Assembly: GCA_044222185.1 (NCBI GenBank)
Contig: JBGANV010000001.1
Span: 1,376,001-1,440,000, forward strand
Length of the DNA stretch: 64,000 nt
Origin: Planctomycetota bacterium
GTDB lineage: Bacteria; Planctomycetota; GCA-002687715; CAIWVZ01
Direction: 5' to 3'
Shown: piece by piece, positions 45,944 through 54,762 of the stretch
How the letters are laid out: the number at the start of each line of letters is the position of its first letter
Position numbering within the stretch: the stretch's first letter is position 1
Made by a program: the position numbers and the translations under genes
Notes under the pieces: generated by a model
What the model saw: only the letters and a program-made list of their open reading frames with translations
Databases searched by the model: none
Told to the model about the DNA's origin: nothing

Positions 45944-48796
45944 ATGGAAGAAGCACTGAAAGCGGACGCGGCCCGTGACCGCGTGGGGCACTTCCGCCTG
46001 TTGCGCCACCTGGGAAGCGGCGGTCAGGGGACCGTCCACCTCGCCGAGGACACTCGCCTTCACCGCAACGTGGCGCTGAAGATCCTCCGGGAGCGCGGTG
46101 GCGGCCACGACGACCGGATCGAGCGCTTCTGGCGTGAAGCGTCGATCGCGTCGCGCCTGGATCATCCGAGCATCTGCGCCATCCACGAGGCCGGGCTCAT
46201 CGATGGCGTCCCGTGCATCGCCATGCGGTACGTCGATGGCGAATCACTCGCGCAGCGAATCGCCCGAGACTGGCTGCACGGGCCTGACCCTGTCGCGCCG
46301 ACGAAGATCTCGCCCCCGGCGACGGGTGTGCCACCGAGCGGATCGGAGACCGTGCCCATGCCGGTCGGGGCGTTCCCGGGCGCTGCCCCAGCGCACGACG
46401 TCGGCTGCCGCGGCCCACGCATCGACGAGGTACTCCTGGTGATCGAGCAGGTCGCGAGGGCGCTCGACGTGGCGCACGACGCCGGGGTGATCCACCGAGA
46501 CATCAAGCCCGGGAACGTCATGCTCGCTCGGGATGGCACTCCCGTGATCCTCGACTTCGGACTCGCTCGCGCGGACGAGAGCTCGGGCCCCACGCTCACG
46601 GCTACGGCTCAGCGCACGGGCACGCCCGCGTACATGTCACCGGAGCAGATCCTGCTGCCCGGATCGTCCCTCGACCGGCGGACGGACGTCTACGCGCTCG
46701 GGGTCGTGCTCTTCGAGTGGCTCACCGGGCGTCGCCCCTTCGAAGCACCCACGCTCGACGCGCTCTATCACCAGATTCTCGACTCGCTCCCTCCGGACCC
46801 CCGACCGTGGAACGGCGCCGTCTCGCGAGATCTCGCTGCGGTCGTTCTGGCCGCGATCGAGCGCGAGCGGGATCGCCGGTACGCGACGGCGAAGGCGTTC
46901 GCGGACGACCTGCGCGCCGTGCGCGCGTCACTCCCCGTGTCGGTCGCCCACCGATCGCGGATCGGCCGATTGACTCGCTGGGCACGGCAGCGGCCGGCCG
47001 CGGCGGCACTGTTCGCCGTCCTCGCGTTGGGCATACCGGTGGTCGCCGGTCTGGCCGGCTGGCTGTGGCGAAACATGCCCGAAGTCGAACGTGCACGGTT
47101 GCAGGCTGCGGAGGTGGCCTGCGACGCGGAGGTCGAGGATGCGTTCGTCAAATTGCTCGACCACGACCTTATCGGCGCGGCCGCCGCGTTCGATCGCGCG
47201 CTGGCGCTCTCGCCTCGCGCCGACGCGCTCGCAGGCGCCATGGTCACGTGCATCAACCGCCGCGATGCCGCTCGGGAGGTCGCGCTTGCGGATGCGCATC
47301 CCGAGCTGCTGGCGCAGTCCGTCGCGCTTCGCGCCATGCGAACGCAGGCCGCCGGCGTCCTGACCGGCGATCCGAGACCCATCGTCTTCGAGAAGACCGG
47401 CGGGCAGGTGACCGCCCTCGACTTCTTCATCCGCGGCTGCATGGAGACGATGCAGGCTGAACGGCTCCCGGCCGACGCCGCGAAACAGGCGCTCGCGAGG
47501 TTCGAAGCCGCCATCGCCCGCGCCGAACGTCCCAACCGACTCTTCCACATGCTGGCGATCCGCACGGCGGGCGAAGCGGGCGAACTGGCTGTCCTCAAGC
47601 GGTACTGCGCCGCAGCGACGTCGCTGTGGCCCAGGTCGGTCCACGTCCGGCTTTATTGCGGCACGGCGCTCTCGACCTTCGACGAGCGCGCCGCACTCGC
47701 GGAACTCGACGAGGCGCTCCGCCTGCGTCCGGGTTGGGTGAAGGCGGAGTTGCTGCGAGCGAAGGTCCTCCTGCGCCGCGGCGACGCCACGGCCGCGCGC
47801 GCGGCCCTGGAAACCGCACTCGGACACGAGCCGGATTCGGCCGAGGTCCACAACTGGCTCGGGGTCATCGATGCGCAGTCCGGCGACGATGCCGCCGCGG
47901 TCACGCACTACCGTCGAGCCGTGGACCTCAGCCCGGAATGGGTCGTCCCGTGGACCCACCTGAGCACGAGCCTCGGTCGACTCGATGACCTCGCCGGTGC
48001 GATGGACGCAGCCGAGCACGCGACCCGGTGTGGCCCCGACTCTCCCATCGCGTGGGGTGACCTCGGTCTCGCCAGGAGCGCGCTCCAGGAGAATGCCGGA
48101 GCAGCCGCAGCCTTCCGCCGCGCCGTCGAGTTGGCGCCCGGTGACACGCTCGCCGCGTGTCGGCTCGCGCGCGAGCTTCTCACGATCGGGGAGTTCTCCG
48201 AGGCGACGCGTGTCCTCGACGCCGCGCGGGCGCACTCGACTCCCTACGATCGCTGGCACGAGATGATCGAATCTCTCGCTACGCGCGCCGCGTCGCTCGA
48301 AGCCGGGGCCGCCGTCGCGGAGGTCGCGCGAGCCCGAACTCGCGAGATCGACGACGAGACCGAGGCTCCCGTCGCCGCCGAGGTGGCCGCGCGCCGTGGT
48401 TGGTTCGACGTCGCATTCGAGCTGTTCCTGCGCGCGGAGGTCGCCGTCCCCGATCTCTTCGACAGCGGGGACCCCGAACTTGGGCTCCTCGCGGCCCGGT
48501 CGGCGGTCGCCGGTCTCGCGGACGCAACGGCGCCGCCGAGGCGCGACGGATCTCGGCTCGCCGCGGCTCGGCGGTGGCTGGTCGCGCTCCTTGGGCGGCA
48601 CCGGTCCGGTCTCGAGAGAGACGAGATCGACATCTCGATCAGTCACGCGACCTTCGTCGGGCTCCGAAGCGCGCGGTGCTTCGACGCCGTTCGGGGCGAA
48701 CGTCTTACAGCGTTGGAGCCCGCGGAACGCAAGGAGTGGTTCGCGCTCTGGGCGGACGTCGACCAGTTCATCGTCGAGTCAGCTCCGCGCCGCTGA
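45944..48796 (+). CDS. Hanks-type Ser/Thr protein kinase with TM helix and TPR repeats
   Basis: GSGGQG, VALK, HRDIKPGN, DFGLAR, GTPAYMSPEQ, DVYALG; TPR-like repeats downstream. Confidence 0.93.
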   Translation: MEEALKADAARDRVGHFRLLRHLGSGGQGTVHLAEDTRLHRNVALKILRERGGGHDDRIERFWREASIASRLDHPSICAIHEAGLIDGVPCIAMRYVDGESLAQRIARDWLHGPDPVAPTKISPPATGVPPSGSETVPMPVGAFPGAAPAHDVGCRGPRIDEVLLVIEQVARALDVAHDAGVIHRDIKPGNVMLARDGTPVILDFGLARADESSGPTLTATAQRTGTPAYMSPEQILLPGSSLDRRTDVYALGVVLFEWLTGRRPFEAPTLDALYHQILDSLPPDPRPWNGAVSRDLAAVVLAAIERERDRRYATAKAFADDLRAVRASLPVSVAHRSRIGRLTRWARQRPAAAALFAVLALGIPVVAGLAGWLWRNMPEVERARLQAAEVACDAEVEDAFVKLLDHDLIGAAAAFDRALALSPRADALAGAMVTCINRRDAAREVALADAHPELLAQSVALRAMRTQAAGVLTGDPRPIVFEKTGGQVTALDFFIRGCMETMQAERLPADAAKQALARFEAAIARAERPNRLFHMLAIRTAGEAGELAVLKRYCAAATSLWPRSVHVRLYCGTALSTFDERAALAELDEALRLRPGWVKAELLRAKVLLRRGDATAARAALETALGHEPDSAEVHNWLGVIDAQSGDDAAAVTHYRRAVDLSPEWVVPWTHLSTSLGRLDDLAGAMDAAEHATRCGPDSPIAWGDLGLARSALQENAGAAAAFRRAVELAPGDTLAACRLARELLTIGEFSEATRVLDAARAHSTPYDRWHEMIESLATRAASLEAGAAVAEVARARTREIDDETEAPVAAEVAARRGWFDVAFELFLRAEVAVPDLFDSGDPELGLLAARSAVAGLADATAPPRRDGSRLAAARRWLVALLGRHRSGLERDEIDISISHATFVGLRSARCFDAVRGERLTALEPAERKEWFALWADVDQFIVESAPRR

Positions 48797-48800
48797 CGGC

Positions 48801-48829
48801 TTGCACGTGACGAGGCCAAGCCCTAAGCT
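48801..48829 (+). promoter_or_regulatory. Putative sigma70 promoter of the metal-uptake operon
   Basis: TTGCAC-N17-TAAGCT; predicted +1 near 48836, coinciding with the GTG start of the small ORF. Confidence 0.55.
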
Positions 48830-48835
48830 CTCGCC

Positions 48836-49126
48836 GTGATCGTCGGTGGATTGAACCGCAAGCTCGTGTCGGTCGTGTTGTCGGCGTGGATTCTCGCCGG
48901 CATCGCCGCGTCGCTCCACCACCACGGTTCGACGACGACGTCGAGCGACCACGGGTCCTGCGCGGTGTGCATCACGGCCGACGCACCCGCACTCGCGGTC
49001 GCCCACCAACCCACGCGCGTCCAGGAACCGACCGTCGCGGCGATCGTCATCGACGTCCGCACACTCCTGCCCGAGGACGCGTTCTTCGACCGGCCGCTCG
49101 CCCGCGGCCCGCCGTCGCACTCCTGA
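48836..49126 (+). CDS. DUF2946/CruR-like small His/CxxC protein with C-terminal RGPP (putative regulatory leader peptide)
   Basis: Hydrophobic N-terminus, HHH, H-G-S-CAVC, Pro-rich linker, ARGPPSHS-stop; upstream of metal import genes. Confidence 0.75.
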   Translation: MIVGGLNRKLVSVVLSAWILAGIAASLHHHGSTTTSSDHGSCAVCITADAPALAVAHQPTRVQEPTVAAIVIDVRTLLPEDAFFDRPLARGPPSHS

Positions 49127-49219
49127 TCGAGAGTCAGTCGTCGGCCCGGAATCTGTCCGGGCGCACCGTCGTTCGCGTCGCGATCGACGGTCCCAACTCG
49201 ATTTCAGGAGAGTTCCTCC

Positions 49220-50590
49220 ATGTCGTTTTCACGTCGTTCGGCGGCCGTCGTGGCCGCGTGGATCGCCGCTTCGCTCGTCGCTCGTGCCCAGGATTCGCGG
49301 AACTTCGAGCAGCGGCTTCAGGAAGTGCAATCGCGTTACGAGGCCCGCATCCAAGCACTCGAGGACCAGGTTCGTGGACTCCTCTCGTCTGCCGCAGAGC
49401 ACGATGCCGCGGCCCAGTCCGAGAAGGTCGATCAGCAGGTCGAACGGCAAGTGGGCGTCCTCCTCGGCAGCGGGGCCATGGGACGACTGGACCAGACGAC
49501 CCGCTATGACAACCGGTTCAACCCGGCGATCGGGGTCGTCGGTGACTTCGTCTTCGTCGCATCCGGCCAGCGCGACTCGTTCGACTTCCACGATCAGTTC
49601 GACCACCGCGGCGCCGAGGTGAACATCCTCGGGCGGATCGATCCGTCGGCCTACTACGCAGCGGTCATCCACGCGCGGCCGGACTCGGTCGAACTCGAGG
49701 AAGCGTACGGCGTCGTCGACCAGGGCCTCATCGACACGCTTTCGTTGCGTGCGGGGAAGTTCCACTACGACTTCGGCAAGCTCGGGCCCGTGCACGCGCA
49801 CGAACTGCCGTTCGTCGACACGCCCGCCGTGTTCCAAGACTACTTCGGCGGCTCGCCCATCGGGACCGGACTCGAGCTGCATCATTGGTTCGGGATCGGC
49901 GACGTCCCCATCCGCTGGTCCGTCGGCGTCATGAACGGACCAGAGGGCGACGCGGAGCCCGTCGTCGGACCACTGGCAGGCGCGGAGGAGGGCGGAGAAT
50001 CCGCACCCGCGTTCGGACGTCGTTCGATCGAGAACTTCGCCTACCACGCCCGGGTGACCACGCTGTTCGACGTCGCCGAAAACCACTCGCTCCAGTTGGG
50101 CACGTCGGCCATGTGGGCACCCGAGGCGACGGCATTCGAAGTCGACGCGATGGACCCCGACGCGACGATCAAACGGACGTTCGAAGACCTGATCCTGGGA
50201 TTGGACCTGACGTACCAGTGGCAGGATCCGAGTCGGCCCGAGTGGTTCGTGTTCGGCGGCGAGGTGCTCTACAGCGATCAGGACTTCATCGACGACGCGA
50301 GCACCACGGTCGTTCGGAAGGACGCCCTCGGCTTCTACGTCTTCGCGGAGTTCGGCTTCGACCAGCACTGGTCCATCGGCGGCTTCTTCGACCGCGTCGA
50401 ACGCGCGTTCGATCGAGACAAGCTATGGGTCGGCGGCGGCGTCTTCGTCACTTGGAAGATCGATGAGTTCAACCGCGTGCGCCTGCAGACGGAATACGTG
50501 AGCGACGAGTTGCTCGCCGACGAGTACGTCGCCGTCATGCTCCAGTGGACGACGCTCATCGGAAGTCACGCACACCCGCTCAACTGGTGA
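49220..50590 (+). CDS. Outer-membrane beta-barrel protein associated with metal ABC uptake
   Basis: Signal peptide, coiled coil, FNPAIGVVGDF, ELEEAY, HAHELPFVDTP, amphipathic strands, C-terminal GSHAHP. Confidence 0.75.
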   Translation: MSFSRRSAAVVAAWIAASLVARAQDSRNFEQRLQEVQSRYEARIQALEDQVRGLLSSAAEHDAAAQSEKVDQQVERQVGVLLGSGAMGRLDQTTRYDNRFNPAIGVVGDFVFVASGQRDSFDFHDQFDHRGAEVNILGRIDPSAYYAAVIHARPDSVELEEAYGVVDQGLIDTLSLRAGKFHYDFGKLGPVHAHELPFVDTPAVFQDYFGGSPIGTGLELHHWFGIGDVPIRWSVGVMNGPEGDAEPVVGPLAGAEEGGESAPAFGRRSIENFAYHARVTTLFDVAENHSLQLGTSAMWAPEATAFEVDAMDPDATIKRTFEDLILGLDLTYQWQDPSRPEWFVFGGEVLYSDQDFIDDASTTVVRKDALGFYVFAEFGFDQHWSIGGFFDRVERAFDRDKLWVGGGVFVTWKIDEFNRVRLQTEYVSDELLADEYVAVMLQWTTLIGSHAHPLNW

Positions 50591-50602
50591 GAGGAGAAAC
50601 CC

Positions 50603-51535
50603 ATGAATCGCAACATCTCCCGAGTCACTTGTCTCGTTGCGGCACTCACCGTCGGAACGATCGCGCAGGACATCAAGGTCATCGCGACCACGCAGGATCT
50701 GGCGGACATCGCCGGACGGATTGGAGGCAAGCTCGTCGACGTCGAGTCCATCGCGAAGGGCGACCAGGACATCCACCGCATCGTCGCCAAGCCCCAGCAC
50801 CTCTTGAAGCTGAAGCGCGCGGACTTCCTCCTCCAGATGGGGCTGGACATGGAGCACGCCTGGATCCCCGCGCTCGTCGAGGCGACACACAACGACAGGA
50901 TCAGGCCCGGCGGTCCTGGCTTCGTCAATTGCTCGACGGGCATCGCGCCACTCGCGGTCCCGCAGTCGCTCGACCGGTCGCGCGGCGTGGACTTTCACCC
51001 GCGGGGCAACCCGCACTTCAACATCGACCCGGAGGGCGGACGGATCATCGCGAAGAACATCCTGGCGGCCTTCACCGCGGCGTACCCGCAGCACGCCGAC
51101 GCGTTCAAGGCAAACCATGCGGCGTTCATCGCGGACCTGGATGCCCGCATCGCGACATGGGCCAGGATCGCCGAGCCGCTGAAGGGGCGGAAGTTCGTCA
51201 CCCGTCACTCGAGCTTCCCGTATCTCGCGGCGCGCTACGGGTTCTCGATCGTCGCCGACCTGGAGCCGAAACCCGGGGTGGAGCCGACTCCCGCGCACGT
51301 GAAGTCGGTCATCGATCTCATCAAGAAGGAGGGCGTCGCCGCCGTGATCGTCCCCCCGTACCTGAACGACGGGCTCGCAAAGCGCGTGGCGGAGGACGGT
51401 GGGTGCAAGCTCGTCGTGCTCCCCCTCGGCGTCACGGGCACGGCGCCGGCGGCGACCTACCTGGACTACCTCGACCACGTCATTTCGACTCTCGCGAAGG
51501 CGTGCACGGATTCGAGCACGCCACCAACGAAGTGA
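50603..51535 (+). CDS. Zn/Mn ABC transporter substrate-binding protein (ZnuA/TroA family)
   Basis: DQDIH, GLDME, HPRGNPHFNIDP, HSSFPY, EPKPGVEPTPAH. Confidence 0.9.
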   Translation: MNRNISRVTCLVAALTVGTIAQDIKVIATTQDLADIAGRIGGKLVDVESIAKGDQDIHRIVAKPQHLLKLKRADFLLQMGLDMEHAWIPALVEATHNDRIRPGGPGFVNCSTGIAPLAVPQSLDRSRGVDFHPRGNPHFNIDPEGGRIIAKNILAAFTAAYPQHADAFKANHAAFIADLDARIATWARIAEPLKGRKFVTRHSSFPYLAARYGFSIVADLEPKPGVEPTPAHVKSVIDLIKKEGVAAVIVPPYLNDGLAKRVAEDGGCKLVVLPLGVTGTAPAATYLDYLDHVISTLAKACTDSSTPPTK

Positions 51536-51591
51536 CCGGCGGACGGCGCGTTGGAATCGACTCCTCACGCGGACCCGATGGAGGATCGCCC

Positions 51592-52254
51592 ATGGACGGC
51601 GCGCTGATCCGATGCCGAGACCTCGCGATCGGACGCGGCAACGTGCCACTGGTTTCGGGAATCGCCTTCGAGGTCGCCCCGGGTGAACTGCTCGCCGTAG
51701 TCGGGCCGAACGGCTCGGGGAAGTCCACGCTCCTGCAGACCCTGCTCGGCGCGCTCGACCCCGTGTCGGGCTGCGTCGAGTTTCCGGCGACCCGCACGCG
51801 ACCTCCGGTAGCGCTGGTGTCACAAGCCGACTCGGTGGATCCCATCTATCCGTTCTCGGTCGGCGAGATCCTGCGGAGCGCGCGCTTCGCTCACGCTCGG
51901 CTCGGGTCCATCGACTCGGCACTCGAAGAAGTCGGGCTGGCAGGATTCCAGCGGAGAGTGTTCAGCAGTCTCTCCGGCGGAGAGCGGCAGCGCGTCCTGC
52001 TCGCGCGCGCGCTCCTCTCCGGTTGCCGCCTCCTCCTTCTCGACGAACCGACGTCGGCCGTCGATTTCGCGTCCGAGGAGCAGCTCAATGCCCTCGTGTC
52101 GGCTGCGCTCTCCCGCCGCGGACTCGCGGCGATCGTGGTCTCACATCGCGTCGATGCGATCGCACGCCATGCCACGCGCATGTTGCGACTCGATGGGACG
52201 GCTCGCCTGGAGGATGCCGGCGCCGCCACATCGCGTCCCGGAGTCCACGCATGA
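51592..52254 (+). CDS. Metal ABC transporter ATP-binding protein (ZnuC-like)
   Basis: GPNGSGKST, LSGGERQR, LLDEP, VSH; GGAGG before ATG 51592. Confidence 0.9.
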   Translation: MDGALIRCRDLAIGRGNVPLVSGIAFEVAPGELLAVVGPNGSGKSTLLQTLLGALDPVSGCVEFPATRTRPPVALVSQADSVDPIYPFSVGEILRSARFAHARLGSIDSALEEVGLAGFQRRVFSSLSGGERQRVLLARALLSGCRLLLLDEPTSAVDFASEEQLNALVSAALSRRGLAAIVVSHRVDAIARHATRMLRLDGTARLEDAGAATSRPGVHA

Positions 52255-53195
52255 ACGCCTTCGTCGAAGCGAACCGTCTTCTCTTCAGCGACTTCCGCTG
52301 GGCTTTCTTCGCGGCGCTGCTGCTCGGAGCCTGCATCCCCGTCGCCGGTTCGTTCCTCGTCCTGCGACGGGTGCCGTTCCTCGCACTTGCGCTTCCGCAG
52401 AGCGCGTTCGCGGGTATGGCGATCGCGCTCTTCATCTTCCCTCACTGGATCCTCATGGCGACGCTCGGCACCGAGCCGTCGCTCGATCACGAGGGCGTCG
52501 AGCCGACGAATGCCTACCTCTTCTGCGGCGCCGCCCTCGCCGTCGCCGCCACCCTCGCAGCGCTGGCCGTCGCCGGACGCGGCCCAACGACGACCCACGT
52601 CGGGTCGCACGCAGCACTGGCGTACGTCCTCACGCTCGCGCTCGGCGAGATCCTCCGCGGGATGACGCCCATGGGCGAACAGAAGCTGGAGCGCCTGATC
52701 CACGGCGAGCTCATCGCCACGAATGGCAAGGACGTGCTCTTCTTCGCCGTCACCGTGATTCCGGCGACGCTCTGGCTCGCCCTTCGGCGCGAACGCATGC
52801 TCTTCATCTCCGCCGAGCCGCACGTCGCGGCGGCGTTCGGCCTGCGTACCGGGCCGGCCGTGGCGTGTCTCTACGGGCTCCTCGGCACCGCCGTCGCGGC
52901 CTCCGTCCCCGTGGTCGGACCGCTCGTGGTCTTCGCGCTCCTGCTGGCGCCGGCGGTCATGTGGCGGCCCATCGCTCGAAGCACGCGCGGGCAACTGGCC
53001 GGCTCGGCTGTGCTGGGGCTGGCGGCGGCATATGTGGGGTCCGTCGCGGCGACGATGCTCGACTGGCCGCTGGGTGCGACCATCGCGACGAGCATCGTCG
53101 CGCTGGGGGCGATCCTGAATGCAGTGCTCGGCCTGGCACGCGTCCTGGGCCTTCGGAGGGACTTCGCTGCCGCGCCGCGCGGCGCGGCGCGGTGA
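52251..53195 (+). CDS. Metal ABC transporter permease (ZnuB-like)
   Basis: GSFLVLRRVPFLALALPQ, VVGPLVVFALLLAPA, DWPLGA; ATGA overlap with the ATPase gene. Confidence 0.88.
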   Translation: MNAFVEANRLLFSDFRWAFFAALLLGACIPVAGSFLVLRRVPFLALALPQSAFAGMAIALFIFPHWILMATLGTEPSLDHEGVEPTNAYLFCGAALAVAATLAALAVAGRGPTTTHVGSHAALAYVLTLALGEILRGMTPMGEQKLERLIHGELIATNGKDVLFFAVTVIPATLWLALRRERMLFISAEPHVAAAFGLRTGPAVACLYGLLGTAVAASVPVVGPLVVFALLLAPAVMWRPIARSTRGQLAGSAVLGLAAAYVGSVAATMLDWPLGATIATSIVALGAILNAVLGLARVLGLRRDFAAAPRGAAR

Positions 53196-53292
53196 GGTCG
53201 GACGAAGGAATGTTCTCGCGCCGGCGTGCGTTCCACCCTGATCGGGGCACGTGCTACGATCGCGCCTCCTTTCGCCACCGTCGGAGATCTGC

Positions 53293-54324
53293 ATGCGCCG
53301 CAAGCCGCTTCTCGCTCTCCTCATCGCGCTGCTGGGCTTCCTCGCCGCGGGGTCGCTCCGCGCCCAGCGGGAACGCCCGACGACGCGTCAGTGGCAGGAG
53401 CGGGCCGAGGCGGCATCGAAGGGTCTGGCCGGCAGGATGCGTTTCGACGAGGCGCCCACGAAGCTCCTCAAGCGTGCCGTGCGGTACGCGGTCTACCTGC
53501 CGCCCGGTTACGACGACCCGGCACAGGCGAACACGCGCTACCCGGTCATGTTCTTCCTCCATGGGCTCTTCGAGGACCCGGAGCGATGGGTCGCGCGAGG
53601 CGGCGCCGAGCTGCTCGACCGCGCGATCGCCAAGAAGGACTTTCCGCCGTGCATTCTCGTCGTCGCGTCGGCGGGCTTCACGTTCTACTGCGACACGCTC
53701 GACGGGTCTCATCCATACGGTCGCTTCTACATCGAAGAGTTCGTGCCATTCGTCGACAAGACCTACCGCACGTTCGGCGACCGCGCACACCGCTTGATCG
53801 CCGGGAGCTCCATGGGTGGGTTCGGCGCGCTGAAGTTCGCGTTCCAGCGGCCGGAGCTCTTCGTGGCCGTGGCCGTCCACTCGGCCGCACTGCTCCCCGA
53901 TGACATGAGCAAGGCCTCGATGCGTGCCCAGCGCGCCATGGATCGCCTCAGTGGCCAACTCGCGGACCTGTTCGGAGATCCCCTCGACCAGAACGTGTGG
54001 AACGCCAACAACCCCATGGCACTGGCGAAGAAGCTCAAGCCCGACACGGGGCTTGCGATCTACTTCGACTGCGGCAGCGAAGACAGCTACGGCTTCGATG
54101 AAGGGTGCCGCGAACTCGCGCAGCTGCTCACGACGCAGAAGGTCCCCCATGAGACGGCCATCCGCCCTGGCGGCCACGGCTGGGAGTTCCTGCGAGACTC
54201 GTTCCCTCACTCGCTTGCATTCATGAAGAAGGTGTTGATGCCGGCGAAATCTCCTGATCCGACGCCCGTGGCAACGCCGAAGAAGTCACCGGAAGTTCCA
54301 ACGTCCCGCCCGGGCGGAAACTGA
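53293..54324 (+). CDS. Exported alpha/beta-hydrolase esterase
   Basis: VYLPPGY, YPVMFFLHG, GSSMGG nucleophile elbow, DCGSED, GGHGW. Confidence 0.88.
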   Translation: MRRKPLLALLIALLGFLAAGSLRAQRERPTTRQWQERAEAASKGLAGRMRFDEAPTKLLKRAVRYAVYLPPGYDDPAQANTRYPVMFFLHGLFEDPERWVARGGAELLDRAIAKKDFPPCILVVASAGFTFYCDTLDGSHPYGRFYIEEFVPFVDKTYRTFGDRAHRLIAGSSMGGFGALKFAFQRPELFVAVAVHSAALLPDDMSKASMRAQRAMDRLSGQLADLFGDPLDQNVWNANNPMALAKKLKPDTGLAIYFDCGSEDSYGFDEGCRELAQLLTTQKVPHETAIRPGGHGWEFLRDSFPHSLAFMKKVLMPAKSPDPTPVATPKKSPEVPTSRPGGN

Positions 54325-54338
54325 CAAGCCACACTCCG

Positions 54339-54749
54339 ATGGAGTTCGTTCGCGTGAACCAGAAGCCAAGCTCCGAGCCGAACCAAGCCCCGAACGTCAA
54401 GTCCTACGCCCTCGTGGACCCGGTCGTGAAAGCGCCGTACCTCGAGTTCTACAAGGTGACGTACTCGGACAAGCGCGCAGCCCTCGATCGCAAGATGAAG
54501 GAACTCATCGCGATCTCCGCATCCCTCGCGTTCAACTGCACCAACTGCCTGGATGGGCACATCAAGAAGGCACTGAAGGAAGGCGCGACGCGCGAGGAGA
54601 TCAGCGAAGCGATCGCCGTCACGCTCGGAGTGGCGGCCGCAGCCGTCGTCGACCGAAGCGATCTGGCGGGGTCACGCCTCGGGATCTCGTGGGACAACCT
54701 CCCGACGAGTTTCCCCGACGAGCAGCCGGGGGCGAACGCCGCCGTCTGA
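54339..54749 (+). CDS. Carboxymuconolactone decarboxylase/AhpD family protein
   Basis: ALDRKMKELIAI, CTNCLDGH, GATREEISEA. Confidence 0.88.
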   Translation: MEFVRVNQKPSSEPNQAPNVKSYALVDPVVKAPYLEFYKVTYSDKRAALDRKMKELIAISASLAFNCTNCLDGHIKKALKEGATREEISEAIAVTLGVAAAAVVDRSDLAGSRLGISWDNLPTSFPDEQPGANAAV

Positions 54750-54762
54750 CGTCTTGGCGCGT

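Noticed and set aside
50545-51591. Long N-terminal extension on the ABC ATPase (569-aa ORF)
   Set aside because: Off-frame overlap with the substrate-binding protein gene; the real start is ATG 51592 with a GGAGG RBS.
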